Shown: positions 1-9,180 of the stretch, in pieces | Position numbering within the stretch: the stretch's first letter is position 1 | Layout of the letters: each line of letters opens with the position of its first letter | Source of the DNA: a virus | Lineage: Duplodnaviria > Caudoviricetes | Virus record (IMG/VR): IMGVR_UViG_3300033415_000013 | Coordinates: 1 to 31,132 of that record | Length of the DNA stretch: 31,132 nucleotides | Strand: one strand, 5' to 3' | Made by a program: the position numbers and the translations under genes | Notes under the pieces: model-generated | Database searches by the model: none | The model's input: only the letters and a program-made list of their open reading frames with translations | Told to the model about the DNA's origin: nothing

Positions 1-1050
1 CTAAGCCAAGACATCGTTGACGTTATCACTAGGCTTACGGCAGTTCAGACTGAAGTAGACGCTGAAGCCTTAGCTGGGAGAACCAACGAGACAGCAGAGC
101 ACACTAGCACCCGAGCAACGGTTGAGTCAGTAGGCGAGGAGCTTGAGCTAAACGAGACAGCCGAGCACACCAGCACAAGACTGACCATCACCACCAAGAG
201 CAACGAGGAACAGGCAAAGCTCGACATTCTTGAAGCCAGTCTAGCCAGCATGGAGCTGGACCTTGAAGCCATCAACACCAATATCACGACCGAGGGCGAC
301 CAGATACAGGCCAAGTTGGACACCATCGAGGCCAGTCTAACCGCCATCGAAGCCAACGATGACGCAAACACGACCGACATTAGGAACACAGTCGAGTCCG
401 TAGGCGAGGAGATAGAGCTGAACCTTCTTGCCATTGAGTCAGATGTCGAAGCCAACACCACCCAACTGGTCGCTGTCAACTCAGAGCTTGACGCACAGAC
501 AGCACTCCTGACCACGATTGACGCAGACACGGGAAGCATTGACACCAAGCTGACCACGACCAACTCCAGCCTTTCAACGATCAACTCAACCATCAGCTCA
601 GACGGGGCACTGACTCGGACCCAGATTGACTTGGTTAGGACAACCCTCGACTCCAAGATCACCTCAGATGGGACGCTTACCCGTACCCAGATCGACCTTG
701 TAACGACTCAACTTGTGGCAGTCAACGCTGAACTGGACACACAGACAGCACTCCTTCAAGGGATCTCAGCTTCAGCAGCAACGGCTACGACTACTGCCCC
801 TGCACTGAACGCAACGACCTCAACTACCATCAAGGCAGCGTCAACGAACTTTATCGGGTTGTCCATCAGCAACGGGTCTACAGAGTCGGTATGGATTAAA
901 TTTCAGACAGCAAGTGTTGACAACCTGAAGCAAGGGATTTACCTGAAGCCTAACGCATTTTATGAGATGCCTCTTGGTCAGAAATACACAGGCGAGATCT
1001 CAGCCATCGCCAACGCTGGAACTCCTACAATAAATGTGGTGGTCTACTAA
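1..1050 (+). CDS. 5'-truncated coiled-coil fibre/spike-like virion protein with small C-terminal beta domain
   Basis: Frame is open from base 1 (LSQDIVDVITRLTAVQ...), so the track start at 250 is internal. T/A/E/L-rich heptad-like sequence with internal repeats; C-terminal beta-rich domain (FIGLSISNGSTESVWIKF...YTGEISAI). TAATG overlap with next gene. Function is inferred. Confidence 0.7.
   Translation, partial: LSQDIVDVITRLTAVQTEVDAEALAGRTNETAEHTSTRATVESVGEELELNETAEHTSTRLTITTKSNEEQAKLDILEASLASMELDLEAINTNITTEGDQIQAKLDTIEASLTAIEANDDANTTDIRNTVESVGEEIELNLLAIESDVEANTTQLVAVNSELDAQTALLTTIDADTGSIDTKLTTTNSSLSTINSTISSDGALTRTQIDLVRTTLDSKITSDGTLTRTQIDLVTTQLVAVNAELDTQTALLQGISASAATATTTAPALNATTSTTIKAASTNFIGLSISNGSTESVWIKFQTASVDNLKQGIYLKPNAFYEMPLGQKYTGEISAIANAGTPTINVVVY
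85..756 (+). repeat. Five pairs of interleaved intragenic repeats
   Basis: NETAEHTSTR at 85-114 and 151-180; TVESVGEExELN at 118-153 and 388-423; QAKLDxxEASL at 211-243 and 307-339; TTQLVAVNxELDxQTALL at 457-510 and 703-756; SDGxLTRTQIDLV at 598-636 and 664-702. Confidence 0.9.
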
Positions 1051-2414
1051 TGCCGATCTGGAACCAATACGGTGATGAGGATGTTGAAGCCATTGCGCTA
1101 AAGCTCGACCAGACAACACCTCAGGCAGTCATCAATGGCTCACCTATTATGGAGGGGGTGCAGTTTGACATCACGCCTTCAACTACTGCTGTGTCTGAGG
1201 GCCTGCTTCGATGGAACAGCACAGACAGAACGCTTGACCTGAGCATGGGCGACTCCGGCGTTGTCACTCAACAGGTAGGTCAAGAGATGTTCATTATGGG
1301 TGTCAACAAGACAGGCTCAACATTGACAGAAGGATCGGTTGTTAAATTTGATGGGAGGCAAGGAGTACGACCAAAGTTTGCACTGGCTCAAGGAGACACA
1401 GAGGCCAACTCTCATGTTGCGGGAGTAATGACTCAAAATACGCTCGACAACGCTGAAGGATTTGTTACGACTTTTGGTTATGTGAGAGGCATCAAAACCA
1501 ACTACTCTGGATCTGGAGTTTGGGGGACAACATGGGTCGAGGGAGATATGCTATGGGTTTCAAAAACCACAGCCGGGCAACTTACGAATATCGAGCCTAG
1601 CGCCCCTCATCACGCTGATGTGATTGGCGATGTCGGAGTCATCCATGGGACTCAAGGAAGCATTTTCGTCCATGTCAGCAAGCACAAAACGCTTGAAGAA
1701 CTTTCCGATGTCAACGGAACCGCACTTACTTTAGACGGGCAGTTTCCGATCTGGGACAACACCAACAAGTATTTCGACTTCGACAATAATTTTCTGGCGT
1801 GGTACGATGGAACGAATGGAAATATCAAGACATCACAGAACGCACCAAGCGACCTTCTGATCCAGTGCGGAACAGATAAGACGCTTGTCTTGAATGAGTC
1901 GGCATGGGTTGACTTGGACTTCCCAATCATCATTCGAACAACAGGCGCAAACATCCCGACCCTGACAACTCTACAAGGAAACATCACTGCTCCACTTTGG
2001 CAAGTCAATGACTTCAATGTTTGCGAAGGTCAAGAGCTTATCCACAAGTGGAAAGAGGGGACTCCACTCTATTGGCATGTTCACCTAATAACCGGGGCTC
2101 TTGACGCTTCGAATCGGTACGTTAGGTTTGAGGTAGAGTACTGCTGGTGCAATGTCAGTGGTGTTTTGAGTGCTGCCACCACGATTGACTCAGGAGATTT
2201 GCTCATTCCAGCAAACACCACGGCAAAAACAATGATGATTATGAGCTTAGGAAACTTCACTCCGACAGGTGGGAAAATAGGTGGTCACGTATTCGCAAGG
2301 CTGCGAAGGATAGCGTCTACTGGATCTGCACCAGGAAGCAACCCATGGATAACCATGCTTCAGGCCCACATGGAAGTGGACACGATTGGCAGTAGGCAGA
2401 TAGGAACTAAGTAG
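1050..2414 (+). CDS. Putative fibre / virion structural protein (454 aa)
   Basis: G/T/V-rich beta-type protein with a segment typical of phage fibre domains (VNKTGSTLTEGSVV...GFVTTFGYVRGI...WVEGDMLWVS..TAGQLTN..P); coupled to both neighbours. Confidence 0.6.
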   Translation: MPIWNQYGDEDVEAIALKLDQTTPQAVINGSPIMEGVQFDITPSTTAVSEGLLRWNSTDRTLDLSMGDSGVVTQQVGQEMFIMGVNKTGSTLTEGSVVKFDGRQGVRPKFALAQGDTEANSHVAGVMTQNTLDNAEGFVTTFGYVRGIKTNYSGSGVWGTTWVEGDMLWVSKTTAGQLTNIEPSAPHHADVIGDVGVIHGTQGSIFVHVSKHKTLEELSDVNGTALTLDGQFPIWDNTNKYFDFDNNFLAWYDGTNGNIKTSQNAPSDLLIQCGTDKTLVLNESAWVDLDFPIIIRTTGANIPTLTTLQGNITAPLWQVNDFNVCEGQELIHKWKEGTPLYWHVHLITGALDASNRYVRFEVEYCWCNVSGVLSAATTIDSGDLLIPANTTAKTMMIMSLGNFTPTGGKIGGHVFARLRRIASTGSAPGSNPWITMLQAHMEVDTIGSRQIGTK

Positions 2415-4286
2415 ATGGCAACTAACGCTCCAATTTGGATGCCCAACCCCGGCCCTCAGACCGACGCATTTCTATGTGAATGTGATGAGGTGATGTTTGG
2501 GGGAGGCCGGGGTTGCGTCCACCCTGACACCTTGCTTGACACACCTCATGGTCAGGTCAAGATAAAAGACTGGAAGGGTGGCATGATCTATTCCTACAAA
2601 AACGGAGAGGTTATCACAGCCAGAGCAACAGCATCCTTGGAGTTCTCAGAAGAGGACATGTATGAGGTTGAGCTTTTAAACGGGTTCAAGGTGACATGCA
2701 CAGATGAACATAAGTTCTTGGTGAGCAAGGACATGTTCAACCCGGCTACATCAGACGGGTGGTTGATGCTTAAAGAGCTACGACAAGGGCATTATGTCAT
2801 GGTCAAAGGGCAGGGAGAGTACCCGTATTACATGCCAATCAAAAGCATCCGTAAGGTCAACAGCCTCAACTACTGGGATCTCCATGTTCTTAGCACAAAC
2901 TGCTACTTCGCTCAGGGGATCCTGCACCACAACTCAGGTAAGTCCTCGCTCCTCTTCGGTAAGGTTCTTCAGCACATCGAGAAGAACCGGGGCAGATCGA
3001 AGATGATATTCTTCAGGGAGAACTTTGATGACCTAGCTGACCTTGTGAGCAAGGGCAAGGATATTCTTGAGCCACACGGGTTAGCTACTTACATCTCGGG
3101 TCAGACAAGGGAGTTCAGATTCCAAGGTCCGTTCGAGGGTGCGTGGCTCAAGATGAGACAGATCGAGCATATTGACGACCTTAAAGCCTACAAGGGACAT
3201 GAGTACACCTACATTGGGTTTGACGAAATCTGTGATAATAAGCTGCCCTTCCATCTGATTCAAGATACCTTCTTGGCCACACTGCGTAACCCGCACGGGA
3301 TTAAGAGTCAGATCATGTACACCGGAAACCCCGGAGGTTACAACCACTCAGCCGTCAAGAAGTATTTCATCGACCCTTGGCCATCTGGTAGCCGTATTAT
3401 CGAGAACGAGTTCGGCATGACCCGTTGTTTCTTCCAGTCTACGGTTAAGGACAACCCCAAGCTGGCCTCGGACCCCACCTACATGAGACAACTCCAGAGG
3501 ATCAACGACCCATTGATCCGAAAGGCTTGGCTTGAGGGTGACTGGTCTGTGGCCCTCGGTGCAATGTTCTCTGATGTGTGGTCGCCTAAGAAGCATGTCG
3601 TCAACTCCATCAGGCCACAAGACATCCCGCAGCATTTTGACCGCTACCGTTGCTTCGACTGGGGTAGCTCTGCACCGTTTGCTTACCTGAGAGCCTTCAT
3701 CAGTACAGGCGAGGATCTTTACAACGGGATGAACTTTCCAGCAGGGGCCTTGGTGTTCTACTACGAGTTCTACGGCTGGGAGAAAGGCAACAAGGTCAAT
3801 GAGGGCTTGAAGTGGTCCTCGTCTGAAGTAGCCAAGGAGATCAAAAGACGGGAGCTTGAAGACGGGGATTATCAGTTTATTAAACCGGGGCCAGCCGATA
3901 ACCAGATCTATCAAGTTTTGGATGGGACACCAATTTACGCAGCCTTCTACAGGGAGGGAGTAGAGTTCGTTGAGTCTATCAAGTCAGCAGGGTCTAATAC
4001 GGTTGGGTGTGAAGTCATCAGAAACAGACTCATAGGGAATGATGACAGACCTCAAGTTTATTTCACACGAGACTGTGTTCACACGATTAGGACTTTACCT
4101 ACGCTGGTTCGGGATAAGATACATCAAGAGAGACTTGCAGAACATCAGGAGTCACATACGTTCGACTGCGTGAAATATCTTTGCTTATCCCTAAATGCAC
4201 TTTACAAACCTATGACGCTCGCCCAAGAGCGAAGAGAAATGACAGCCAGAGACAAATTCTTGCAGGAGTTGCATGATGAAGAATAG
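2415..4286 (+). CDS. terL: Terminase large subunit, intein-containing (623 aa precursor, 483 aa after splicing)
   Basis: N-terminal PNPGPQ motif, Walker A GGGRG|SGKS split by an intein, Walker B YIGFDE, TGNPGG coupling motif, nuclease motifs FDWG and HTFDCVKY; directly upstream of portal. Confidence 0.95.
   Translation: MATNAPIWMPNPGPQTDAFLCECDEVMFGGGRGCVHPDTLLDTPHGQVKIKDWKGGMIYSYKNGEVITARATASLEFSEEDMYEVELLNGFKVTCTDEHKFLVSKDMFNPATSDGWLMLKELRQGHYVMVKGQGEYPYYMPIKSIRKVNSLNYWDLHVLSTNCYFAQGILHHNSGKSSLLFGKVLQHIEKNRGRSKMIFFRENFDDLADLVSKGKDILEPHGLATYISGQTREFRFQGPFEGAWLKMRQIEHIDDLKAYKGHEYTYIGFDEICDNKLPFHLIQDTFLATLRNPHGIKSQIMYTGNPGGYNHSAVKKYFIDPWPSGSRIIENEFGMTRCFFQSTVKDNPKLASDPTYMRQLQRINDPLIRKAWLEGDWSVALGAMFSDVWSPKKHVVNSIRPQDIPQHFDRYRCFDWGSSAPFAYLRAFISTGEDLYNGMNFPAGALVFYYEFYGWEKGNKVNEGLKWSSSEVAKEIKRRELEDGDYQFIKPGPADNQIYQVLDGTPIYAAFYREGVEFVESIKSAGSNTVGCEVIRNRLIGNDDRPQVYFTRDCVHTIRTLPTLVRDKIHQERLAEHQESHTFDCVKYLCLSLNALYKPMTLAQERREMTARDKFLQELHDEE
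2514..2933 (+). mobile_element. Mini-intein (140 aa) in TerL Walker A
   Basis: Begins CVHPDTLLDTPHG (block A), has TCTDEHKFLV (block B TxxH), ends YWDLHV...YFAQGILHHN followed by Ser+1. Removal restores GGGRGSGKS. No room for an endonuclease domain. Confidence 0.95.
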
Positions 4287-6417
4287 TAAACGCACCTTGC
4301 CGATGAATGTCAGGCCCGTCAAAGCTGACAAGAAGTATGCTACGAGGGTTGAATCTAAGCTCTACACGAAGCTCACCGACCTGCTCATGGAGTGGCAGGA
4401 CCACCGCAAAATAACCGTTGAGGACATCTGGACCAAGGCTTATGAGAATTTCAAAGGTGACTTCGACGATGTTGAGTTTAAGGGATCAAAGGCAGCAAAC
4501 GCTTGGAGATCCAAGGCTTTCTACCCACTCACAGAACAAAAAGTTACCGCAGCCCAAGCCCAGCTTCAAGACGTACTTTTCAAAGGCGGTCGCTTCCCTT
4601 ACGATGTAAAGACCAGCCCTATTCCTGACGACCCTGCTATGCAGGTTGTCATTGAGCGAGCAGCTAATGGTGCCGTGGCTCCAGGGGTTGACCTAGCCAA
4701 GAAATCCATGGATCGAGAGGAGCTTGACCAGCGGATCAAGAACATGAAGAAGCGACTCGATGACCAGTTCGCTGAGTGTGACGCTGCCAGTGTTGGACTC
4801 ATCTCGATCTTTGATGGTGCCCTCTATGGCACAGCTTTCCTTGAGAGCCCTCGTGTGGTACGCAAGCGCAGGTACAGGTGGACTAAGACAGCCAAGGGCT
4901 ACAGCAAGAAGGAGGTCTTTGAGGATGTTCCCACGGTTGTGAACCTCGACCCATGGGACTGCTGGGCAGACCCTGAGTGTGGTGGAATGGTTGCTAGCGG
5001 GATCGGGTTCTTTCACCGTGAAAGGATGTCCGTTCCGGGGCTCTATGAACTTTTCGCCTTGGTGTTCCCAGATGGCATCGAGATGAGCAACAGTGCCGAG
5101 TCTGAGGAGTACGAGTACGAGTACAACCGCAAGGAGTTTGAAGACCTTCTCGCAAATGTGAGCGAGGAGTCAGGCTCAGAGCCAGATGAGTCCTACGGAC
5201 CCAACGCTGCTATTGAGTCTGGCCATGCCAATAGGCTCTACGAGGTTTTCACCTTTGCTGGCTCAGTCCAGAATAAGTGCCTCAAGGATTACATGAAAGT
5301 CACAGGCCCAGACAACCACTTCAGTGAAGTGATCGTGGTCTTCTGTGACGGGTTCATCATCAAGTGCGTCAAGAACCCCTTCCCCGGTGAGCGCAGGCCC
5401 TTTCACATGGTGCCTTGGACCAAACTACCAGGACAGGCTTACGGGCGTGGAGTCTCGGAGAAGATCTTCGACCCACAGAAGAACGTCAACCGCTTGATGC
5501 GGATGTACATTGACAACAAGCGACTGTCAGGAAACCTGATGACAGCTATCGATAAGAGCAAGCTCAAGCGAAATGCTGACATGACACTCTACCCCGGTAA
5601 GAACTGGGAGTTCGAGGGTGCATTTCAAGACGCTGATGTTCGCAAGCTGGTGATGCCAGTGTTCTTCCCAGATGTGACAGCCGGGGTGCTTGAAGCCATT
5701 GGCACTATGGTGGCGTGGGCTGACCAAAGCTCAGGGATTCCACGGATTCTTGAAGGCCAACCGGGGCAGGATGCCAGTACAGCCTACGCTGAAAACCAGC
5801 GGATCTCTGCTGCCAGCAAGCAACTTGGCTTGGTGCTCAAGAACTACGACATGCACGCATGGGTGCCTATCGTTGAGTCATTCTACGACTGGAACATGGA
5901 GTTCCTCAAAGACACAGCCATTAAGGGAGACTTCTCCATCATAGCTACAGGCTTTGCCACCTTCGAGAACAGGCACCTCCGTAAACTTGACTTGGAGAGG
6001 TTACTGCTGATGAGCCAACAGATGCCTGCCCTCCAGATGAAGGTCAAACCTGACCCCGTTATCGAGGACTGGGCTATAGCAGGGAACATTGACCCCGAGC
6101 GATACCTGCTGACCCCAGAAGAAGTGGCTCAGAAAATGAAGACTGCTCAAGAAGAGCAGATGAACAACTTCGCTGCACAGATGCAGATGGAGCAGCAGAA
6201 ACAGGCCATGGAGCATGGCTTCGAGATGCAGAAAGAGAAGCTCACCCAAGAGCTCAGCGGTCAGGTCAGGATGGCACTGGCTGAAATCGCAGCTCAGACC
6301 AAGGCTGCAAGTGAAGAAACCAAACGGCTTATTAAGCTAGCCGATATTGAATCAAAGGAGAAATTGAATGCCAAAGGAAATGGAAGCGGAAGGGGACAGC
6401 CCCCTAACCGACGATGA
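4273..6417 (+). CDS. Portal protein (714 aa)
   Basis: Position after TerL, size, motifs (YGTAFL, DPWDCWADP, RPFH..PW...PGQAYGRGV, LYPGKNW) and a Q/M/E-rich C-terminal helix like the P22-type portal barrel; AGGAG upstream. Confidence 0.9.
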   Translation: MMKNSKRTLPMNVRPVKADKKYATRVESKLYTKLTDLLMEWQDHRKITVEDIWTKAYENFKGDFDDVEFKGSKAANAWRSKAFYPLTEQKVTAAQAQLQDVLFKGGRFPYDVKTSPIPDDPAMQVVIERAANGAVAPGVDLAKKSMDREELDQRIKNMKKRLDDQFAECDAASVGLISIFDGALYGTAFLESPRVVRKRRYRWTKTAKGYSKKEVFEDVPTVVNLDPWDCWADPECGGMVASGIGFFHRERMSVPGLYELFALVFPDGIEMSNSAESEEYEYEYNRKEFEDLLANVSEESGSEPDESYGPNAAIESGHANRLYEVFTFAGSVQNKCLKDYMKVTGPDNHFSEVIVVFCDGFIIKCVKNPFPGERRPFHMVPWTKLPGQAYGRGVSEKIFDPQKNVNRLMRMYIDNKRLSGNLMTAIDKSKLKRNADMTLYPGKNWEFEGAFQDADVRKLVMPVFFPDVTAGVLEAIGTMVAWADQSSGIPRILEGQPGQDASTAYAENQRISAASKQLGLVLKNYDMHAWVPIVESFYDWNMEFLKDTAIKGDFSIIATGFATFENRHLRKLDLERLLLMSQQMPALQMKVKPDPVIEDWAIAGNIDPERYLLTPEEVAQKMKTAQEEQMNNFAAQMQMEQQKQAMEHGFEMQKEKLTQELSGQVRMALAEIAAQTKAASEETKRLIKLADIESKEKLNAKGNGSGRGQPPNRR

Positions 6418-6595
6418 CATCAAAAGCATCGTAAGGTCTAAGGCTGGTAAACATCTGGTTGCGGAATTAAGCAGGATGCTTAGTATGGCAAGGGTGGAAG
6501 TAGAGTCGGTGACACCCGAAGGACTCCCACGGCTTCAAGGTAGAATCGCTACCTTGAAGGAAATCATCTTGATATTTGGAGACATAAATGAGTAA
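6368..6595 (+). CDS. Small helical protein between portal and scaffold (75 aa)
   Basis: AAGGAG upstream of ATG; overlaps portal end and scaffold start; LQGRIATLKEI-type helix common in small genes at this position. Confidence 0.7.
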   Translation: MPKEMEAEGDSPLTDDDIKSIVRSKAGKHLVAELSRMLSMARVEVESVTPEGLPRLQGRIATLKEIILIFGDINE

Positions 6596-7613
6596 TTCTA
6601 TTGGAGCACAAAATGGAAACACCACACACACAGGAGGAGCCACAACTCCTTCAGCAGCCGACATCTTCGCAGCCGAAGTCCAAGCGATCAAGGCCGAAGA
6701 AGAAGCAGGAGGAGATCCCTTTGCAGCAAGTGGCAGTAGTGGATCAGGGAGTGATGAGGGTAGTGGACCGAGCTTATCATCCGTCGGACCCAGAGATGCA
6801 GAAGCTGGTGGAGATCCCGCTGAAGGTGACGCAGGGACTCAAGACCCCGCTGCCAACGCTGAAGGGGCAGACGCATCTGGGGAGACCGGGGAAACTGAGG
6901 GCGATGATGAGGGCGAGGATTCTGTAAAGAAGCGCAACAACTGGAAGAAGGAAGCTCTTGAGCGCAAGCAGGAGCTTGAAGCTCTTAAAACAGAGATGGC
7001 TGAGATTAAGAAGATGTTCAGCCAAAAGGCAACCGACCTCTCTAAGATTGAGCTCCCCAAGTTTGACAAGAACGATCCAAATTTGTCTCAGGAGCTGAAA
7101 GATCTTCTTGAATATACTCCGGGGCTTGATACAATGTTGTTGTCATTGGTAGCCAACGCTACAAATGCGATCCTTGAAAAGAAAGAAACAGAGAAAGTTG
7201 TAATGACTCAGCAGCAAGCTGAAGCTCAGAAACAGCAGGATACCGACACGAAGTATTGGAAAGATATGGAAGGTTGGGTTTCTGGTCAGTACCCTGAATT
7301 GACCCTCTCTGACATCCGAAATTCCCCAGACTTCAAGGACTGGCTGAATCTTCGGAAGACTTGGGTAGATACCCAACTCAGTAGTGCAAGCTACGACGAC
7401 ATATCAGGAGCGCAGAAGGTTTTTGAAAGGTACATCAAAGAGAATGGTCTCGGTGGTGCCCCTGCTCAAGAACAAGAAGGCAGGAGAAACTTGGCAGCAG
7501 CTAGGACACCCCCTGCAAACCGAAGGACAACCGCACCAGTTCAAGGCCAAAAAAGCCTGTTCAGTGAGGAAGCCCAACGGCTCTCCCAATCTCGTCGCAA
7601 CTACACCATTTAG
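6588..7613 (+). CDS. Putative capsid scaffolding protein (341 aa)
   Basis: Acidic disordered N-terminus, central coiled coil, basic C-terminus; directly upstream of capsid gene; GGAG SD. Confidence 0.75.
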   Translation: MSNSIGAQNGNTTHTGGATTPSAADIFAAEVQAIKAEEEAGGDPFAASGSSGSGSDEGSGPSLSSVGPRDAEAGGDPAEGDAGTQDPAANAEGADASGETGETEGDDEGEDSVKKRNNWKKEALERKQELEALKTEMAEIKKMFSQKATDLSKIELPKFDKNDPNLSQELKDLLEYTPGLDTMLLSLVANATNAILEKKETEKVVMTQQQAEAQKQQDTDTKYWKDMEGWVSGQYPELTLSDIRNSPDFKDWLNLRKTWVDTQLSSASYDDISGAQKVFERYIKENGLGGAPAQEQEGRRNLAAARTPPANRRTTAPVQGQKSLFSEEAQRLSQSRRNYTI

Positions 7614-7625
7614 AGGAAAACACAA

Positions 7626-8699
7626 ATGGCCATTGTAAATCACAGTCAAGGTGCCACGGGGGTCATCGACTTCCGTACAGCAAACTCGGAGGCACTGGGC
7701 GTAAAGCTCTCTGCCAGAATCATCTATGATTCTCAAAAGAAAATGATGCTCACCAAATGGGGAGCACAAGAGGATCTGTCCAAGAACTCTGGACAAACCA
7801 TCCAGTTCGTTCGTTACCACAATGTTGACACTGGTCTCAACCCCATCTTCGGCAACACCAGCCCTAGCTCGGTTAAGCTCACCAGCACAACTTTCACGAC
7901 CTCCTTGTACCGCTACGGTGGAGTCATTGACATCCCCGAGAGCATGGAGCTCCTCCACGAAGACAACCTCAAGAAGATCGGTTTTGACCGATTGGCTTAC
8001 GACTTCGCCCGTAAGATTGAGACTCTCACCTACAACGTCGTCAAAGCTGGCTCCAATGTGATCTATGCTGACGGTGCTTCTGAGAGGGCTACTGTTGTCA
8101 ACGTGGTTACGGAAACCGACTTCGAGGCTGCCATCGCAACTCTGGAAGAGAACAACGCTGAGGAAATCACTGATTTCGTCAAGAGTTCTCCCGCCTACGA
8201 GACCTTGCCTGTTCAGCCTACCTACGTCGCTTACTGCCACACGACTGTGTTGCCTGTAATCCGTCGGATGTCCAGCTTCATCTCTATCGAGCACTACGCT
8301 GGTCAGACTGCCATCCTCCCCGGTGAAGCAGGAACCGTTGCTGGCAAGATCCGTGTGGTCGCATCCAACATCGCTCAGCCTTGGGAAGCTGCTGGTGGCA
8401 ATCCTGCTACCAACGCTGTCCGTGGACTCGGTGCCAATGCCCACGTCTTCCCCATCCTGATTTTCGCCAAAGACGCTTTTGCTTGCTCCAAGCTGCAAGG
8501 CGAAGGTGGCATGAAAGTCATGGTCAAAGCTCCCTCCCCTAACGGAGATAGCTACGACAAGCTGGGTTTGAATGGCCACATCGGTTACAAGACTTGGTAT
8601 GCCTGCACCATCCTGAACAACGACAACTTGGTTAGGATTGAAACCGCAGTTCCCGCATTCAGCACTGCTGCTCAGAATGCTGCTGGCCCCTCTTTCTAA
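7626..8699 (+). CDS. Major capsid protein, N4-gp56-like family (357 aa)
   Basis: Motifs GQTIQFVRY, YGG, AGSNVIYA, YVAYCH, GEAG, FPILIF.KDAF, DKLGLNGHIGYKTWY..ILN; SD GAGGA; strong codon bias. Confidence 0.92.
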   Translation: MAIVNHSQGATGVIDFRTANSEALGVKLSARIIYDSQKKMMLTKWGAQEDLSKNSGQTIQFVRYHNVDTGLNPIFGNTSPSSVKLTSTTFTTSLYRYGGVIDIPESMELLHEDNLKKIGFDRLAYDFARKIETLTYNVVKAGSNVIYADGASERATVVNVVTETDFEAAIATLEENNAEEITDFVKSSPAYETLPVQPTYVAYCHTTVLPVIRRMSSFISIEHYAGQTAILPGEAGTVAGKIRVVASNIAQPWEAAGGNPATNAVRGLGANAHVFPILIFAKDAFACSKLQGEGGMKVMVKAPSPNGDSYDKLGLNGHIGYKTWYACTILNNDNLVRIETAVPAFSTAAQNAAGPSF

Positions 8700-8722
8700 T
8701 CTGAACACGGAGAAATAGAAAC

Positions 8723-9088
8723 ATGCAAAAGCAAATGACTATGACCATCTCGGCAGCCGTAGCAGCTAATAGCAACGCTGCTCCTCTTGTCGTTGAAGTC
8801 GGGTTCGTACCCAATCGAATCTACATCATCAACCGAACTCAGCTCACTCAGTATGAGTGGAATGAGAATTTGACCTCTGGCCATTTTTACCAGCGGGTAG
8901 CAGCTGGTGACTTGACCAAGCCCACATCTGGTGGACCCACCCTGATTGATGGTTCCAACAAGAACCCTCTCTCTGGTGAGACTACCATGAGGAGCTTCGG
9001 TTTCACGATTCCGGGGAACCTTGCTCTGTTCACTGACACCGAGAACGATGTTCTTGACATCACCGTGTTCAGGGACGACGCTGTATAA
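8723..9088 (+). CDS. Hypothetical virion protein, possibly capsid decoration (121 aa)
   Basis: GGAG SD; follows the capsid gene before the terminator; beta-rich (VEVGFVPNRIYIIN). Confidence 0.65.
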   Translation: MQKQMTMTISAAVAANSNAAPLVVEVGFVPNRIYIINRTQLTQYEWNENLTSGHFYQRVAAGDLTKPTSGGPTLIDGSNKNPLSGETTMRSFGFTIPGNLALFTDTENDVLDITVFRDDAV

Positions 9089-9107
9089 GCGTTCAGCAAG
9101 TTGAATC

Positions 9108-9143
9108 AAAGGGGTGTCAGGGCTTGCCTCGGCACCCCTTTTT
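9108..9143 (+). terminator. Rho-independent terminator
   Basis: GGGGTGTC...GGCACCCC stem (one G-U pair) followed by TTTTT, 20 nt after the stop at 9088. Confidence 0.85.
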
Positions 9144-9180
9144 ATATTATATCCATCTACTTTCTATTAAGGTTATCACC

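Noticed and set aside
45-662. 205-aa hydrophobic antisense ORF
   Set aside because: Mirror of the repetitive Thr/Glu/Asp-rich + strand gene; the Val/Ser/Leu richness follows from the sense codons.
85-756. Repeats as a possible CRISPR array or DGR template/variable pair
   Set aside because: Copies are in-frame coding units differing mainly at synonymous sites; no constant repeat-spacer period, no adenine-specific pattern, no reverse transcriptase in the window.
2794-3006. 70-aa alternative-frame ORF starting inside the terminase intein
   Set aside because: Checked as a possible second hidden endonuclease: S/T/R-rich shadow sequence, no nuclease motif, no clear SD, and it runs beyond the intein boundary.
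7404-8708. 434-aa antisense ORF opposite the capsid gene
   Set aside because: It is in codon register with the capsid gene, so it stays open simply because that gene avoids TTA, CTA and TCA codons; no recognisable motifs.
8680-8725. Programmed frameshift or read-through extending the capsid protein
   Set aside because: No slippery heptamer before the TAA, and the next gene has its own SD and ATG.
9124-9180. Track start for the 185-aa ORF, and a possible promoter in the AT-rich gap
   Set aside because: The TTG start lies in the terminator hairpin; the TTGCCT and TATTAT boxes are only 15 nt apart, too weak to call.
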